Below are positions 52,198 to 61,898 of a DNA stretch of 64,000 nucleotides, in pieces. The first letter of the stretch is position 1. Each line of letters starts with the position of its first letter. The position numbers and the translations under genes were made by a program. The notes below the pieces were generated by a model. That model was given only the letters and a program-made list of their open reading frames with translations, had not been told where the DNA came from and made no database searches. The stretch is from an uncultured delta proteobacterium (lineage in GTDB: Bacteria > Desulfobacterota > Binatia > UBA9968): contig CAVWLW010000027.1 of assembly GCA_963755715.1 (NCBI GenBank), forward strand, positions 1 through 64,000, given 5' to 3'.

Positions 52198-52236
52198 AAA
52201 AAAGGGAGAGAAAAGGCTTTTCCCCTTCCTCTCCCT
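52198..52236 (-). terminator. Intrinsic terminator after the dienelactone hydrolase gene
   Basis: Minus strand AGGGAGAGGAAGG...CCTTTTCTCTCCCT followed by a T run. Confidence 0.65.
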
Positions 52237-52256
52237 GACGCTGATCAAAAATGAAC

Positions 52257-52976
52257 TTACTTTAAGTGCTGCGCGAAAAACGACTTGGTCTTTTCCCAGG
52301 CGTCTTTCGCCGACGCCTCGTGATAGCTGCCGCGCTCGTCACATATAAAGCCATGGCCCGCTTCCGGGTAGGTCTTCATCTGAAAGGCGACTTTTTTACT
52401 CGTGAGTTCGGTATTGATTTGGCCAACCTGATCCATCGGAATCAATTGATCCTTGGCGCCGAAGAACAAGTACATCGGACATTTGATCTCGCCGGTGCGC
52501 GAAAGCGGGCTCGGATTGCCCATCGTAAGACCGCCGGGATAGTAAGGCACCGCGGCTTTGATATCGTTGGCGTGATGCGCCGCCGCCAGATAAGTCAGCC
52601 GGCCGCCCATGCAAAAGCCGATCACGCCGATCGAACTCGCCTTCACGTTACTTTGCGATTTCAGATGCGCAATAGCGGCGGCGACGTCTTCCATCGCTTT
52701 GCTGTCGACCACCCGCTGCATAGTCGCGATCGCTTTCGCCATATCGGAATAAGGAATCAAGCGCTCCGATTCACGGTGAAAGATATCCGGCGCGATCGCG
52801 ACGTAACCCTCGGCGGCGATCCGCTCCGTAACTTTCTTTATGTGACTATTGACGCCAAACGCCTCCTGGATAACCACGATCCCGGGATAGGTCCCGGCAT
52901 CCTTGGGTTGCGCCACGTAAGAATCCATTTTTCCGTCCGGAGTATTGAGTTGAACCGTCGAATTCGTCACGTCCAT
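52257..52976 (-). CDS. Dienelactone hydrolase family protein
   Basis: QEAFGVN, GFCMGG, GHGF; start MDVTNS after GGAGG. Confidence 0.92.
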   Translation of the reverse strand: MDVTNSTVQLNTPDGKMDSYVAQPKDAGTYPGIVVIQEAFGVNSHIKKVTERIAAEGYVAIAPDIFHRESERLIPYSDMAKAIATMQRVVDSKAMEDVAAAIAHLKSQSNVKASSIGVIGFCMGGRLTYLAAAHHANDIKAAVPYYPGGLTMGNPSPLSRTGEIKCPMYLFFGAKDQLIPMDQVGQINTELTSKKVAFQMKTYPEAGHGFICDERGSYHEASAKDAWEKTKSFFAQHLK

Positions 52977-53078
52977 AAACAGCCTCCTAGAGCTGATATT
53001 GATCACTACGGTGAAAAAATCCCTATCAGATTTCTTTTTCCCGGTCCATAGCTAACGCGGCGCAAATTGTGTTGAAAT

Positions 53079-53927
53079 CTAGAACTGCTTGCGACAAAAC
53101 TCCAACACCCGATCACACACTTTCTGTGTCGTTTGTGCCGGCGGCATGACGTTCCAAAAATCCGATTTTGGCAGAAGCTCGCGCAAGTAGTGAGCACCGG
53201 AAGTGGCATGCGACGGATCGTCGCCGGGAATAATCAGCGCCGGTGCTTTCACGCCCACGACCTCTTCCGGCTCGGCGCCGGGCGCTGTATCGCGATCGAA
53301 TAGGCTGCGCCCACTGGTGAGAACAATTCCTAAATACCGCTCTAGGTCCTGGCTGGCGAAACTTTCCGCGAAGGCATGATTGCGCGCGATCTCAGTCGCC
53401 CATGGACCGCCCTCCGAATCCATCCAGAAACTCTTGCCGCCACGCGCGCGTTCGACGACAGCCGGCAAGCCATTTTGCTTGGTGAAATTGTAATGACGCG
53501 TAAAACGCGCTCGGCTGTTTATTTTCCAGCGATAGCCGCCTACGGGCCAGTGGAGCAGCAACCCACGGGTCGCTTCCGGATAATGCACGCCAAAAGCGAG
53601 CGCCACCGAGCATCCCATGCAACCGCCCATGATCCAGGCAGATTGGATTTTTAGATGGTCAAGCAGCGCCTTGCCCTGGCGCGTGTAACTCGCCCAACTC
53701 AACCGCTCGATCCGTCCACTGGACTGGCCACACTCGCGCCGGTCATAAAGAATGATTGTATGCTCGGCTGCGAGGGCATCCACAGCATTGATGCCCGTCC
53801 ATGCGCTGGCGCTGCGCCATTTATCGATCGTCGAATCAAACCCGCCGGGCGCGCACATGAGAATCGGCACTCCCGTGCCGTGAGTTTCGTAATAGGTGTC
53901 AATTCCATCGATGACAGCATTTGGCAT
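53079..53927 (-). CDS. Alpha/beta hydrolase with a Cys nucleophile elbow
   Basis: YDRRECGQS; GGCMG; PALIIPGDD; start MPNAV after GGAGG. Confidence 0.82.
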   Translation of the reverse strand: MPNAVIDGIDTYYETHGTGVPILMCAPGGFDSTIDKWRSASAWTGINAVDALAAEHTIILYDRRECGQSSGRIERLSWASYTRQGKALLDHLKIQSAWIMGGCMGCSVALAFGVHYPEATRGLLLHWPVGGYRWKINSRARFTRHYNFTKQNGLPAVVERARGGKSFWMDSEGGPWATEIARNHAFAESFASQDLERYLGIVLTSGRSLFDRDTAPGAEPEEVVGVKAPALIIPGDDPSHATSGAHYLRELLPKSDFWNVMPPAQTTQKVCDRVLEFCRKQF

Positions 53928-54030
53928 CGGCTCCTCCAACGCTTCTTCTGGACTTCAAAACACGCGGCACGTAAGATCTATCACGCTGCCGGGCGCGAAG
54001 AAAAGTCGCATCGGCCGAGGAGGTTAAGTC

Positions 54031-54846
54031 GTGAGTGACAAGGAAACCGAGCAAAAGTTCAGTGAATTGCTCGAGGTGATGGCGCAACTGCGGAGCGAGA
54101 GCGGCTGCCCGTGGGACAAGGAGCAGACGCATATCTCGCTCAAGCCCTGCTTGCTCGAAGAAACCTACGAATTGCTGGATGCTTTAGACGACGGCGATCC
54201 AAAAAAATTAAAAGAGGAACTGGGCGACGTATTGCTGCAAGTCATCTTTCACTCCCAGATCGCCGCGGAAGAACGACGCTTTGCCGTGAAAGATGTTATT
54301 GCTCTGCTTACGGAAAAACTCATCCGTCGCCACCCCTACGTGTTCGCCGGCGAACCGCTGCCCGAGAATACGGCAGCGGTGTTGAAGCAACGGCTGCAGA
54401 TCAAAACAAGCGAGAGAAAAGATGGCGAATCGAAATCGGCGCTCGGCAACGTTCCCAAGGCGATGCCGGCATTGGCCCGCGCCCAAAGCATCACGCGAAG
54501 AGCCGCGCATCTGGGTTTCGATTGGCCCGACATCGAGCCGGTCTGGGGCAAAGTGGAAGAAGAGATTCGCGAACTGAAAAACGCGGTCGAATCCGGCGAC
54601 AAAGCGCGCACGGGCGAAGAGCTGGGCGATCTGCTTTTTTCCCTGGTCAATCTGGCGCGCTTCCTCGACGTCGAAGCTGAAGAAGTCTTGGCTCAAACCA
54701 TCGACCGCTTCACGCGCCGCTTTCATCACATCGAAACCAAACTGCAGAAAGCTGACAAGAGCTTTGATGAGTCCTCGCTTGAAGAGATGGATCTGATTTG
54801 GGAGGAAGCAAAAACACTCGAAGCTCAGGGGAAACTGCCGCGATGA
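54031..54846 (+). CDS. mazG: Nucleoside triphosphate pyrophosphohydrolase MazG
   Basis: GCPWDKEQT, EETYE, EELGDVL, KLIRRHP, GFDW, second EELGDLLF. Confidence 0.95.
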   Translation: MSDKETEQKFSELLEVMAQLRSESGCPWDKEQTHISLKPCLLEETYELLDALDDGDPKKLKEELGDVLLQVIFHSQIAAEERRFAVKDVIALLTEKLIRRHPYVFAGEPLPENTAAVLKQRLQIKTSERKDGESKSALGNVPKAMPALARAQSITRRAAHLGFDWPDIEPVWGKVEEEIRELKNAVESGDKARTGEELGDLLFSLVNLARFLDVEAEEVLAQTIDRFTRRFHHIETKLQKADKSFDESSLEEMDLIWEEAKTLEAQGKLPR

Positions 54847-55817
54847 GTCGAGCGCGACCGCGCGTCGTCTTTCTCGACGCCGCCACCTACGGCGATATCT
54901 CGCTCCGACGCTTCACCGAAACCTGGGATTGCACCGTTCATCAAGTTACCGCTCCCGGCGAAACCGCGCAACGACTGGCGGGACACATGATCGCGGTCAC
55001 CAATAAAGTTGTCATCGACAAAGCCACGCTGAATTCGGCTGAAGCGCGCGACTTGAAACTCATCGCCGTCGCCGCCACAGGCACCGACATCATCGACCGC
55101 GAGCAAGCGGCGCGACGCGACGTCAAAGTCTGCAACGTGCCCGGTTATGCGACCCAGTCGGTGGCGCAGTTTACGATGGCGTTGATGCTCGAGCTGGCGA
55201 CCCGCGCTGGTCGATATGGCGACGCGGTAAAGCTCGGGGAGTGGGAGAAGAGTGCCATTTTTTCCCTTCTCAATTATCCGACAATGGAGCTCGGCGGCAA
55301 AAAACTCGGCATCGTCGGCTACGGCAACATCGGCCAAGCCGTCGCGCAAATGGCGCGCGGCTTTGGGCTCGAGGTTTTGATTGCAGCCCGTCCCGGCGAG
55401 CGAGCCCCAGGCGGCGGCCGAATTCCGTTGGAGCAACTCCTTTCCCAAGCCGACATCGTCTCGCTCCACTGTCCGCTTACGCCGGAAACGCGCAACCTGA
55501 TCAACGAGCAGAGCCTCGCGCTGATGAAACCGACGGCGTTCTTGATCAATACCGCGCGCGGCGCGCTGGTCGATGAAGCGGCGTTAATCGAAGCGCTGCG
55601 GCAAAAACGTATCGCCGCGGCGGCCCTCGATGTCATTAGCAAAGAGCCGCCGCCGGCCGATTATCCAATTATTCAAGCGGCCAAAGAGTTAGACAACTTA
55701 ATCGTCACGCCGCACACCGCTTGGAGCGCACGCGAAGCGCGCGAGCGGCTGCTCCACGAGGTGAAAGAAAACATCGCCGCTTTTCTCGAGAACAAACCAA
55801 GAAATCTGGTAGCGTAA
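54843..55817 (+). CDS. D-2-hydroxyacid dehydrogenase (glycerate dehydrogenase/HprA-like)
   Basis: TNKVV, ATGTD, GYGNIG, LHCPLT, INTARG, TPHTAW; ATGA overlap with mazG. Confidence 0.9.
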   Translation: MSRARPRVVFLDAATYGDISLRRFTETWDCTVHQVTAPGETAQRLAGHMIAVTNKVVIDKATLNSAEARDLKLIAVAATGTDIIDREQAARRDVKVCNVPGYATQSVAQFTMALMLELATRAGRYGDAVKLGEWEKSAIFSLLNYPTMELGGKKLGIVGYGNIGQAVAQMARGFGLEVLIAARPGERAPGGGRIPLEQLLSQADIVSLHCPLTPETRNLINEQSLALMKPTAFLINTARGALVDEAALIEALRQKRIAAAALDVISKEPPPADYPIIQAAKELDNLIVTPHTAWSAREARERLLHEVKENIAAFLENKPRNLVA

Positions 55818-55920
55818 AGATCGGAACCCAAACCCTACCCGAAGTCTTAACCTCAGCGTCTACGTCGATTCCAAGCACGAACTTGCCGGCAAACTCGATA
55901 GGGTTAAACGAAAGTGTACC

Positions 55921-57303
55921 TTACGGCTTTATGTTCTGGTTTAAGTGAAAAATATTATCCGGGTCATAACGTTTCTTGGCCTGCACCAGGCGGTCATAAT
56001 TGGCTCCGTAAGCTGCGGCGACGCGGTCGCCCTCCTCCGCGGTCATAAAATTCACGTAAGCCCCTGCCGATGCATAAGGCGCACTGGCTTTAAAGAAATC
56101 GCGCGCCCAACCAATGCCTTTTTGGTCATCCTTCGCTTCGTCCCATCGCCCGTGCACGTTCAAGACGAACTTCGCATCCCGGTGACCGTAAGCCATGGCA
56201 TCCGGGGCGATCCGATTCGACGCGCCGGCAATCAGGCCGATGAAAATTTCGCACTGTGGAGATGGCAGCTTTCCGGCGAACTCGATGATGGAATCCAATG
56301 CCCCATCGGCGAGCTCCGTGAAATTATGAGACTTCCAATAGTTTCTCGCGCCGGGCGTCAGCAGCGGGTCAAAAGCCTTCTGCCACGCAACGTAAGGCTG
56401 AACGCCGAGATGCTCGCCGTGGGGCGTCCCGAATGCGCGCACGGGAGCAATGAGTTTTTCAGCTTCCGTCGCGGGGCCGGAGTAAAAGACCGGCAGCACC
56501 ACGACTTCCTTGCCGTGAACATTCTCCGGCAGAAAAGGCAATGGCGGGGCCTTGCGCAACACGACCCAGACATTGAGTTCTTCAGGAGCTGAATTTACGA
56601 ATTGACGATACTGGTTAAGGATCTGTTTGGCCTGGCTGAAAGGAAAAACGATCAAGCCGGCAAATATCTCAGGACCCACGGGAAAAAGTTGGAATTCAAA
56701 ACTGGTGACGACGCCAAAATTTCCCCCACCCCCGCGAATCGCCCAGAACAGATCCGCGTTTTCGGTTTCGCTCGCTCGTATTTTCCTCCCCTCGGCCGTG
56801 ATCAAGTCGACGGAGACGAGATTGTCGACCGTCATGCCGTATTTGCGCGTGAGCCAGCCGAAACCGCCGCCGAGGGTCAGACCGGCGATGCCGGTCGTAG
56901 AGTTGATCCCCACCGGTGTCGCTAGGCCATGCCCCAGAGTCGCTTCATCCAGGTCGGCGAGCGTCGCCCCAGGCTCGACGTAGGCGCGCCTCTTTCCGGC
57001 GTCCACCCGAACGTTTTTCATCTTCGAAAAATCGATAGTCAGGCCATCATTGCAGAGGGCGTTGCCGGCGATGTTGTGTCCGGCACCGCGAATTGAAATC
57101 TCGAGTTTGTGCCGCCGCGCCAATGCGATTGCGGGGGGAACGTCGTCAGCGTCCGCGCACTGCACGATCAGCGCGGGCCGCCGGTCGATCATGGCGTTCC
57201 AGATCTGGCGAGCGTCATCGTAGCCGGGGTCACCGGCACTGAGGACGCTTCCCTTAATCATGCCTTTAAGCTCTTTTCCCAGGTTCGACGATTGTGTTGT
57301 CAT
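55921..57303 (-). CDS. FAD-linked oxidase, berberine-bridge-enzyme (VAO/BBE) family
   Basis: RGAGHNIAG (covalent-FAD His), GLTLGGGFGWL, DLFWAIRGGGGNFGVVT, YVNF...KKRYDPDNIF. Confidence 0.92.
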   Translation of the reverse strand: MTTQSSNLGKELKGMIKGSVLSAGDPGYDDARQIWNAMIDRRPALIVQCADADDVPPAIALARRHKLEISIRGAGHNIAGNALCNDGLTIDFSKMKNVRVDAGKRRAYVEPGATLADLDEATLGHGLATPVGINSTTGIAGLTLGGGFGWLTRKYGMTVDNLVSVDLITAEGRKIRASETENADLFWAIRGGGGNFGVVTSFEFQLFPVGPEIFAGLIVFPFSQAKQILNQYRQFVNSAPEELNVWVVLRKAPPLPFLPENVHGKEVVVLPVFYSGPATEAEKLIAPVRAFGTPHGEHLGVQPYVAWQKAFDPLLTPGARNYWKSHNFTELADGALDSIIEFAGKLPSPQCEIFIGLIAGASNRIAPDAMAYGHRDAKFVLNVHGRWDEAKDDQKGIGWARDFFKASAPYASAGAYVNFMTAEEGDRVAAAYGANYDRLVQAKKRYDPDNIFHLNQNIKP

Positions 57304-57333
57304 AATATGGATCTCCTTGTTCTATTTAGCTCG

Positions 57334-58245
57334 TTAGCAAAACGCCGGCGCCATCTGTTCGATCTGCACTCGCGCCTCCGGCTTGATGCTTTGTACGGTA
57401 TCCAAAAAATTGGGATGAGTCATCCCCGTGCCCAGATAAGTCCAACGCATGCCCTTGAGCACCGCCTGGCTCATTTGTTCGCGCTCGCTCCTCGAAAGTT
57501 TTTTTCCGCTCGCTTGCATAAAGCTCTCGACATCGAACTCCGTCTGCCGCTGGATCCCCTGGTCCAGAAACGCACCGATCTCACCGTATTCCTTGAAAGC
57601 TAATTCGATCTCACTCTCTGAGGCGTTTGCCGCCAGCTCCTCGACGACTAACGTGTCGAGCTTCGTGTGCTGGGACTCCTCCAGCCAATGGTGCTTGAGC
57701 ATACTCTTGAACTGCGGATCGAGTTCCTGATTGTCTTTCACGGCCTCGATGTAGTGGCGCAGGGTCATCCATTCGATATGCAGGATCGCGATGCCGACAC
57801 CGAGCGGGCCGTGGGATAGAACGAACTTTCTCACGTCTTCAGCCGGACCGATGAACTCGCACTTGCTGCCGAAGCCGGCTTCGAACTCGCGGCGAAAACT
57901 CTTGAACAGATGAATGTGCTTGGCTTCTTCACCGGCGAACTGAAGCAGCGCCCGTACTCGATAATCGTCGCCGGAAAGCTGCGGGCGGGCGTGGTCGACG
58001 ACGTAAGGCAGGATGAATTCTTCCACCAAGCCGAACATAGCGAGATACTCATGGCCGCGAATCTGATTCAGCGTCCGCTGTTCTTCTAGGGAAAGAAAAG
58101 ACAGCTTCCTTACCTGCGCCAAAGATTCCGGCATGAACGGCTTGGAAAAATCCAACCGCTTGTCCCCGCCGATAATATCTTCGACACGCCAGCCGATCCG
58201 CTCCGATGCCTCAAGCGCGCCCTGATAGCTGTAATTGTTTTTCAT
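57334..58245 (-). CDS. Ferritin-like di-iron carboxylate protein
   Basis: Start MKNNY after GAGGAGG; ligand pattern VEE...EEAKH...IEW...HWLEESQH (two ExxH). Confidence 0.8.
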   Translation of the reverse strand: MKNNYSYQGALEASERIGWRVEDIIGGDKRLDFSKPFMPESLAQVRKLSFLSLEEQRTLNQIRGHEYLAMFGLVEEFILPYVVDHARPQLSGDDYRVRALLQFAGEEAKHIHLFKSFRREFEAGFGSKCEFIGPAEDVRKFVLSHGPLGVGIAILHIEWMTLRHYIEAVKDNQELDPQFKSMLKHHWLEESQHTKLDTLVVEELAANASESEIELAFKEYGEIGAFLDQGIQRQTEFDVESFMQASGKKLSRSEREQMSQAVLKGMRWTYLGTGMTHPNFLDTVQSIKPEARVQIEQMAPAFC

Positions 58246-58303
58246 GATCAGCCTCCTCTCGATTTCTTTTTGCATCTCTCGATGTGCCCGCCGAAACCAA
58301 ATA

Positions 58304-58318
58304 GCGCGAAACGTGCCA
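58304..58318 (-). promoter_or_regulatory. Sigma54 -24/-12 promoter of the di-iron/BBE operon
   Basis: TGGCACGTTTCGCGC (TGGCAC, GG-N10-GC). Confidence 0.72.
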
Positions 58319-58386
58319 ACGCAGATCTTTTGGCAAACAGACGCGAAATCAGCGACTTAGGAAATCGCGCAGAGCATGGCGCTCGC

Positions 58387-58437
58387 GCGAGATTTCGTTG
58401 CTTACGAGATCTCGTCGGAGGCGAAGCGAATTTTCGT
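58387..58437. promoter_or_regulatory. Three palindromic upstream activator sites, RCGA-N4-TCGT
   Basis: GCGAGATTTCGT (58387), ACGAGATCTCGT (58404, perfect palindrome), GCGAATTTTCGT (58426); 70-120 bp upstream of the -24 element. Confidence 0.7.
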
Positions 58438-58453
58438 GAGAGGAAATCTAAAA

Positions 58454-60379
58454 CTAGCGCTTGCGTTCGATGCCGAGCGCCTTCATGCGCGAGCTAAGCG
58501 TGGTGGGTTTGACGCCAAGAAGCTGCGCCGCGCCGTTTTCGCCGGCGACTTTCCATTCGGTGGATTTCAGAGCGGCGATGATATTGTTGCGCTCCAGCTC
58601 TTCGAGTTCTTTGGCCGTACGCACTCGCTGAACGGTCGAGCTGTCGTTAGTAACCGCCGCAGCCACCGCGTTCACGCTTTCGGGCAGAGCGCGGTCGAGA
58701 TTGAGCCGGCCGTCGCGCGACGTAATCACGGCGCGCTCGACGATGTTTTGCAGCTCGCGCACGTTGCCCGGCCAGCGATAGGCCTCGAGACGGCGCACGC
58801 AATCGTCTGACAGCGGTTCGATCGAGCGCCCCATGCGCTGGGCGAATTTTTTGGCAAAAGCGGCCGCCAGCGGACCCACATCGCCGCGCCGCTCACGCAA
58901 CGGCGGCACCTGAATCGGAAACACGTTCAAACGGTAATATAGATCTTCGCGAAACTTGCCGGCGCGCGCGGCGCTCTCGATGTCGCGGTTGGTCGCCGCC
59001 AGCACGCGCACATCGACCTTGCGTGTCTGCGAGCTGCCCACCGGCTCGAACTCGCCTTCCTGCAGGACGCGCAGCAGCTTCGATTGTAAATCGAGCGGCA
59101 GCTCGCCGACTTCGTCGAGAAAAATCGTGCCGCCATGCGCCAAAGCGAAGCGTCCCTCGCGCTTTTTAGTCGCGCCGGTAAAAGCGCCCTGTTCGTGACC
59201 AAACAATTCGCTCTCGATCAGCGTCGCGGGCATTGTCGCACAGTTGACTTTGATCAGCGGTCTATCGCGCCGCCGGCTGCTGCGATGAATAGCGTGAGCG
59301 ATGAGCTCCTTGCCCGTGCCGGTCTCGCCGAGGATCAGCACTGTGGCGTCGGTAACCGCCACTTCCTTCACGTCGGCGAGAACCTTGCGCAGCGCCTCGC
59401 TGCCGCCGATGATCTCATCGGCGCCGACCAAAGAACTGATCTCCTCGCGCAAGTATTCGGTTTCGACCGTCAGCGAGCGAATTTTTTGCTCGGCCTCCAG
59501 CCGCTCATTCACATTTCTAAGTATGAGGGTGTAGAAAGGCTCGCGTTCGAGATCGAAACGCGACAGCGTCGCTTCCGTTTGAAAACTGCCGCCGTGATCG
59601 TTGGTCGCCGCGAGACCACCGGGAATCCAAAGATACCGCTGTCCGTCGGGCCGCGTGTCTAGGTCGATGATCAAGCGCGCCAGCTTTTCGCGCGAGTCGG
59701 CTGTCAAAAAATGAGTAAAGGTCCGGCCGGCGGCCTCGGCGGCGGCGCAGCCGAAGACTTTTTCCGCCGCCGGATTCATTTGCGTCACTTGCAGATGTTG
59801 GTCGACCTCGATGATGGCGTCCATCGCGCTGCCGACGAGCCGCCCGAGTTTCTGCTCGCGCTCGCGCACCTGCGCTTCGACGCGCAGCCGGCGCAACTCG
59901 GCCGCCGCCCGTGCGGCGAAAATCTGAAACAGCACCTGGGCGCGCGGCTCAGGGGGCATCGGCCGCATATCGAGGACCGCCAGATGACCGAGGATAGCGC
60001 CATTGAGATCGAGCAGCGGCATGCCCATATAGCTCGCCGCGCCCACGGCTTGAACGTCGGGATCGTTGCCGTAGATCTCGACCAGATTGTCGGGAATATG
60101 AATCAGGCAGCGCTCGTCGATCACTCGCTCGCAGGGAGTTCCGTCCACCACCATCTCCCAACCTTCGAGCCATTGTTCACCCATCCAGAAGGCCAGCGCC
60201 TTCAGCCGGCGCGACTCGGGAAAGTATTCCGTGACCCAGGCGCCGTGGGTATTGAGCGCCGCCGCGAGCTTTTTTACCAAAGCCTTGAAAAACTGCTCGC
60301 CGGTCTCTGTAGCGGTGCCCTCCAAGATAGTTCGGAGCGCAGCGTCGACATCAATATCTTGCAGGGGTGGACGATCCAT
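58454..60379 (-). CDS. Sigma54 enhancer-binding protein, GAF-PAS-AAA+-HTH (FhlA-like)
   Basis: GAF (GTPCE...SYMGMPL), PAS (SAMDAII...MNPAAE), GETGTGKE, GAFTGA, GAAQLLGVKPTTLSSRM. Confidence 0.93.
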   Translation of the reverse strand: MDRPPLQDIDVDAALRTILEGTATETGEQFFKALVKKLAAALNTHGAWVTEYFPESRRLKALAFWMGEQWLEGWEMVVDGTPCERVIDERCLIHIPDNLVEIYGNDPDVQAVGAASYMGMPLLDLNGAILGHLAVLDMRPMPPEPRAQVLFQIFAARAAAELRRLRVEAQVREREQKLGRLVGSAMDAIIEVDQHLQVTQMNPAAEKVFGCAAAEAAGRTFTHFLTADSREKLARLIIDLDTRPDGQRYLWIPGGLAATNDHGGSFQTEATLSRFDLEREPFYTLILRNVNERLEAEQKIRSLTVETEYLREEISSLVGADEIIGGSEALRKVLADVKEVAVTDATVLILGETGTGKELIAHAIHRSSRRRDRPLIKVNCATMPATLIESELFGHEQGAFTGATKKREGRFALAHGGTIFLDEVGELPLDLQSKLLRVLQEGEFEPVGSSQTRKVDVRVLAATNRDIESAARAGKFREDLYYRLNVFPIQVPPLRERRGDVGPLAAAFAKKFAQRMGRSIEPLSDDCVRRLEAYRWPGNVRELQNIVERAVITSRDGRLNLDRALPESVNAVAAAVTNDSSTVQRVRTAKELEELERNNIIAALKSTEWKVAGENGAAQLLGVKPTTLSSRMKALGIERKR

Positions 60380-60491
60380 TCGTCGGCCATCCTAAGGGCG
60401 TCAGTTCGGCACTTGGCTACTGATGGTCAGAGAAGCGGGTTGGTGTTCATCGGTCTGCAACTGCGGCGCGAACAATGCGGCAGGCAGGCGC

Positions 60492-60917
60492 TTAAAACGG
60501 AATATCGTCGTCTATCGGCGGTTGGCTGCCGCCCATGCCCATCTCGTCCCCCGGGGCTGCGTCGGTCTGCTGCGGCAACCGGGTGCCACCGCCGCCACCA
60601 AGAAATTGGATCCGCTGTGCGACGATCTCGGTAATGTAGCGTTTGTTGCCGCTCTTGTCGTCGTAGGAACGCGTGCGAATGCTTCCTTCAACGTAGACTT
60701 GCCGCCCTTTCGACAAGTACTGACCGCAGCTCTCGGCTTGCTTACCCCAGACGACGATGTTGTGCCATTCGGTTCTTTCCTGGCGTTTACCATCGCGGTC
60801 GTTCCACTGTTCCGATGTGGCGATGGAAAAATTGGCCACCGCGCTACCCGTCTGGGTATAGCGAACATCGGGATCTTTACCGAGATTGCCGACCAAAATG
60901 ACTTTATTAACCGACAT
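60492..60917 (-). CDS. ssb: Single-stranded DNA-binding protein
   Basis: [16 protein letters not shown]...TEWH...DDDIPF. Confidence 0.97.
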   Translation of the reverse strand: MSVNKVILVGNLGKDPDVRYTQTGSAVANFSIATSEQWNDRDGKRQERTEWHNIVVWGKQAESCGQYLSKGRQVYVEGSIRTRSYDDKSGNKRYITEIVAQRIQFLGGGGGTRLPQQTDAAPGDEMGMGGSQPPIDDDIPF

Positions 60918-61108
60918 GTCATTCTCCAAGCTGCCAGAGCGCAAATTTCCGGCGCGAAAGGTGCAGCCAACTTAGCGCCGGCTTGGCGCGGAGTCAATCC
61001 TAGAATTGCCGCCCGAAGCGATCGCCGCATTGATTTTTGCGCCACCAGGATTTACTATTGTCCAGCTTATTTCCCACACTTGCGCGAAGCAAATTTAGAA
61101 AAGCCTTG

Positions 61109-61891
61109 ATGGTTTATATCCTCCTACTGGCGCTTTTCATTGCGGTCACGATTCCTCTGGCGCTGTTGACGATCCTGTTCGGCTTTTTTGACCGGTATGG
61201 CAAACGGGTCTATCGGATCAATCAATTCTGGGCGTGGCTCCTATTGCGCATGGGAGGGATTTCGCTCAACGTCGAGGGGCAGGAAAACATCGACACCGAC
61301 CAACAATACATTTTCATGGTCAATCACCAAAGCAACGTTGACATCCCTGTGATCGTTCAAAGCCTGGCCCGGTTTCAACTGCGCTGGATCGCCAAAAAGG
61401 AACTTTTGTGGGTGCCGTTCTTTGGTTGGGCCATGTGGGCGACAAAACATATCACGATCGACCGATCCGACCCCCAGAGTGCGGTGAGGAGTTTGGAGCG
61501 GGCTAAGGAAAAAATCGCCGCCGGCATTTCCGTCGTCCTTTTTCCCGAAGGAACCCGCAGCACTAACGGCAAGCTGCTCCGCTTCAAAAAGGGCGGCTTT
61601 ATGCTCGCCGTTCAGGCGAATACCAAGATCGTGCCGGTCACGATCAACGGTAGCCGCAATCTCTTGCCCTCCGGCGCCTGGAGATTGTGCTCCGGATCGA
61701 TCGAAGTTTTTGTTGACAAACCCATCGCAGTCGACGGCTACCGCGCCGGCAATCTGAGACTGCTCTCGGACCGAGTAAGGGAAACCATCGCCGCCCATTT
61801 GCGCGAACCCGCCTCATCCGAATCGAACAGGACTGTCGAAGGCGGCAACCGCGCGATCGCGAATCGCGCTTTGGATAAACAGAGAGTTTAG
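61109..61891 (+). CDS. plsC: 1-acyl-sn-glycerol-3-phosphate acyltransferase
   Basis: NHQSNVD, AKKEL, FPEGTRS, FKKG. Confidence 0.9.
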   Translation: MVYILLLALFIAVTIPLALLTILFGFFDRYGKRVYRINQFWAWLLLRMGGISLNVEGQENIDTDQQYIFMVNHQSNVDIPVIVQSLARFQLRWIAKKELLWVPFFGWAMWATKHITIDRSDPQSAVRSLERAKEKIAAGISVVLFPEGTRSTNGKLLRFKKGGFMLAVQANTKIVPVTINGSRNLLPSGAWRLCSGSIEVFVDKPIAVDGYRAGNLRLLSDRVRETIAAHLREPASSESNRTVEGGNRAIANRALDKQRV

Positions 61892-61898
61892 AATCACT

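Noticed and set aside
54031-54846. MazG as an anti-phage effector
   Set aside because: It is the two-domain housekeeping-type MazG, coupled to a hydroxyacid dehydrogenase, with no defence context.
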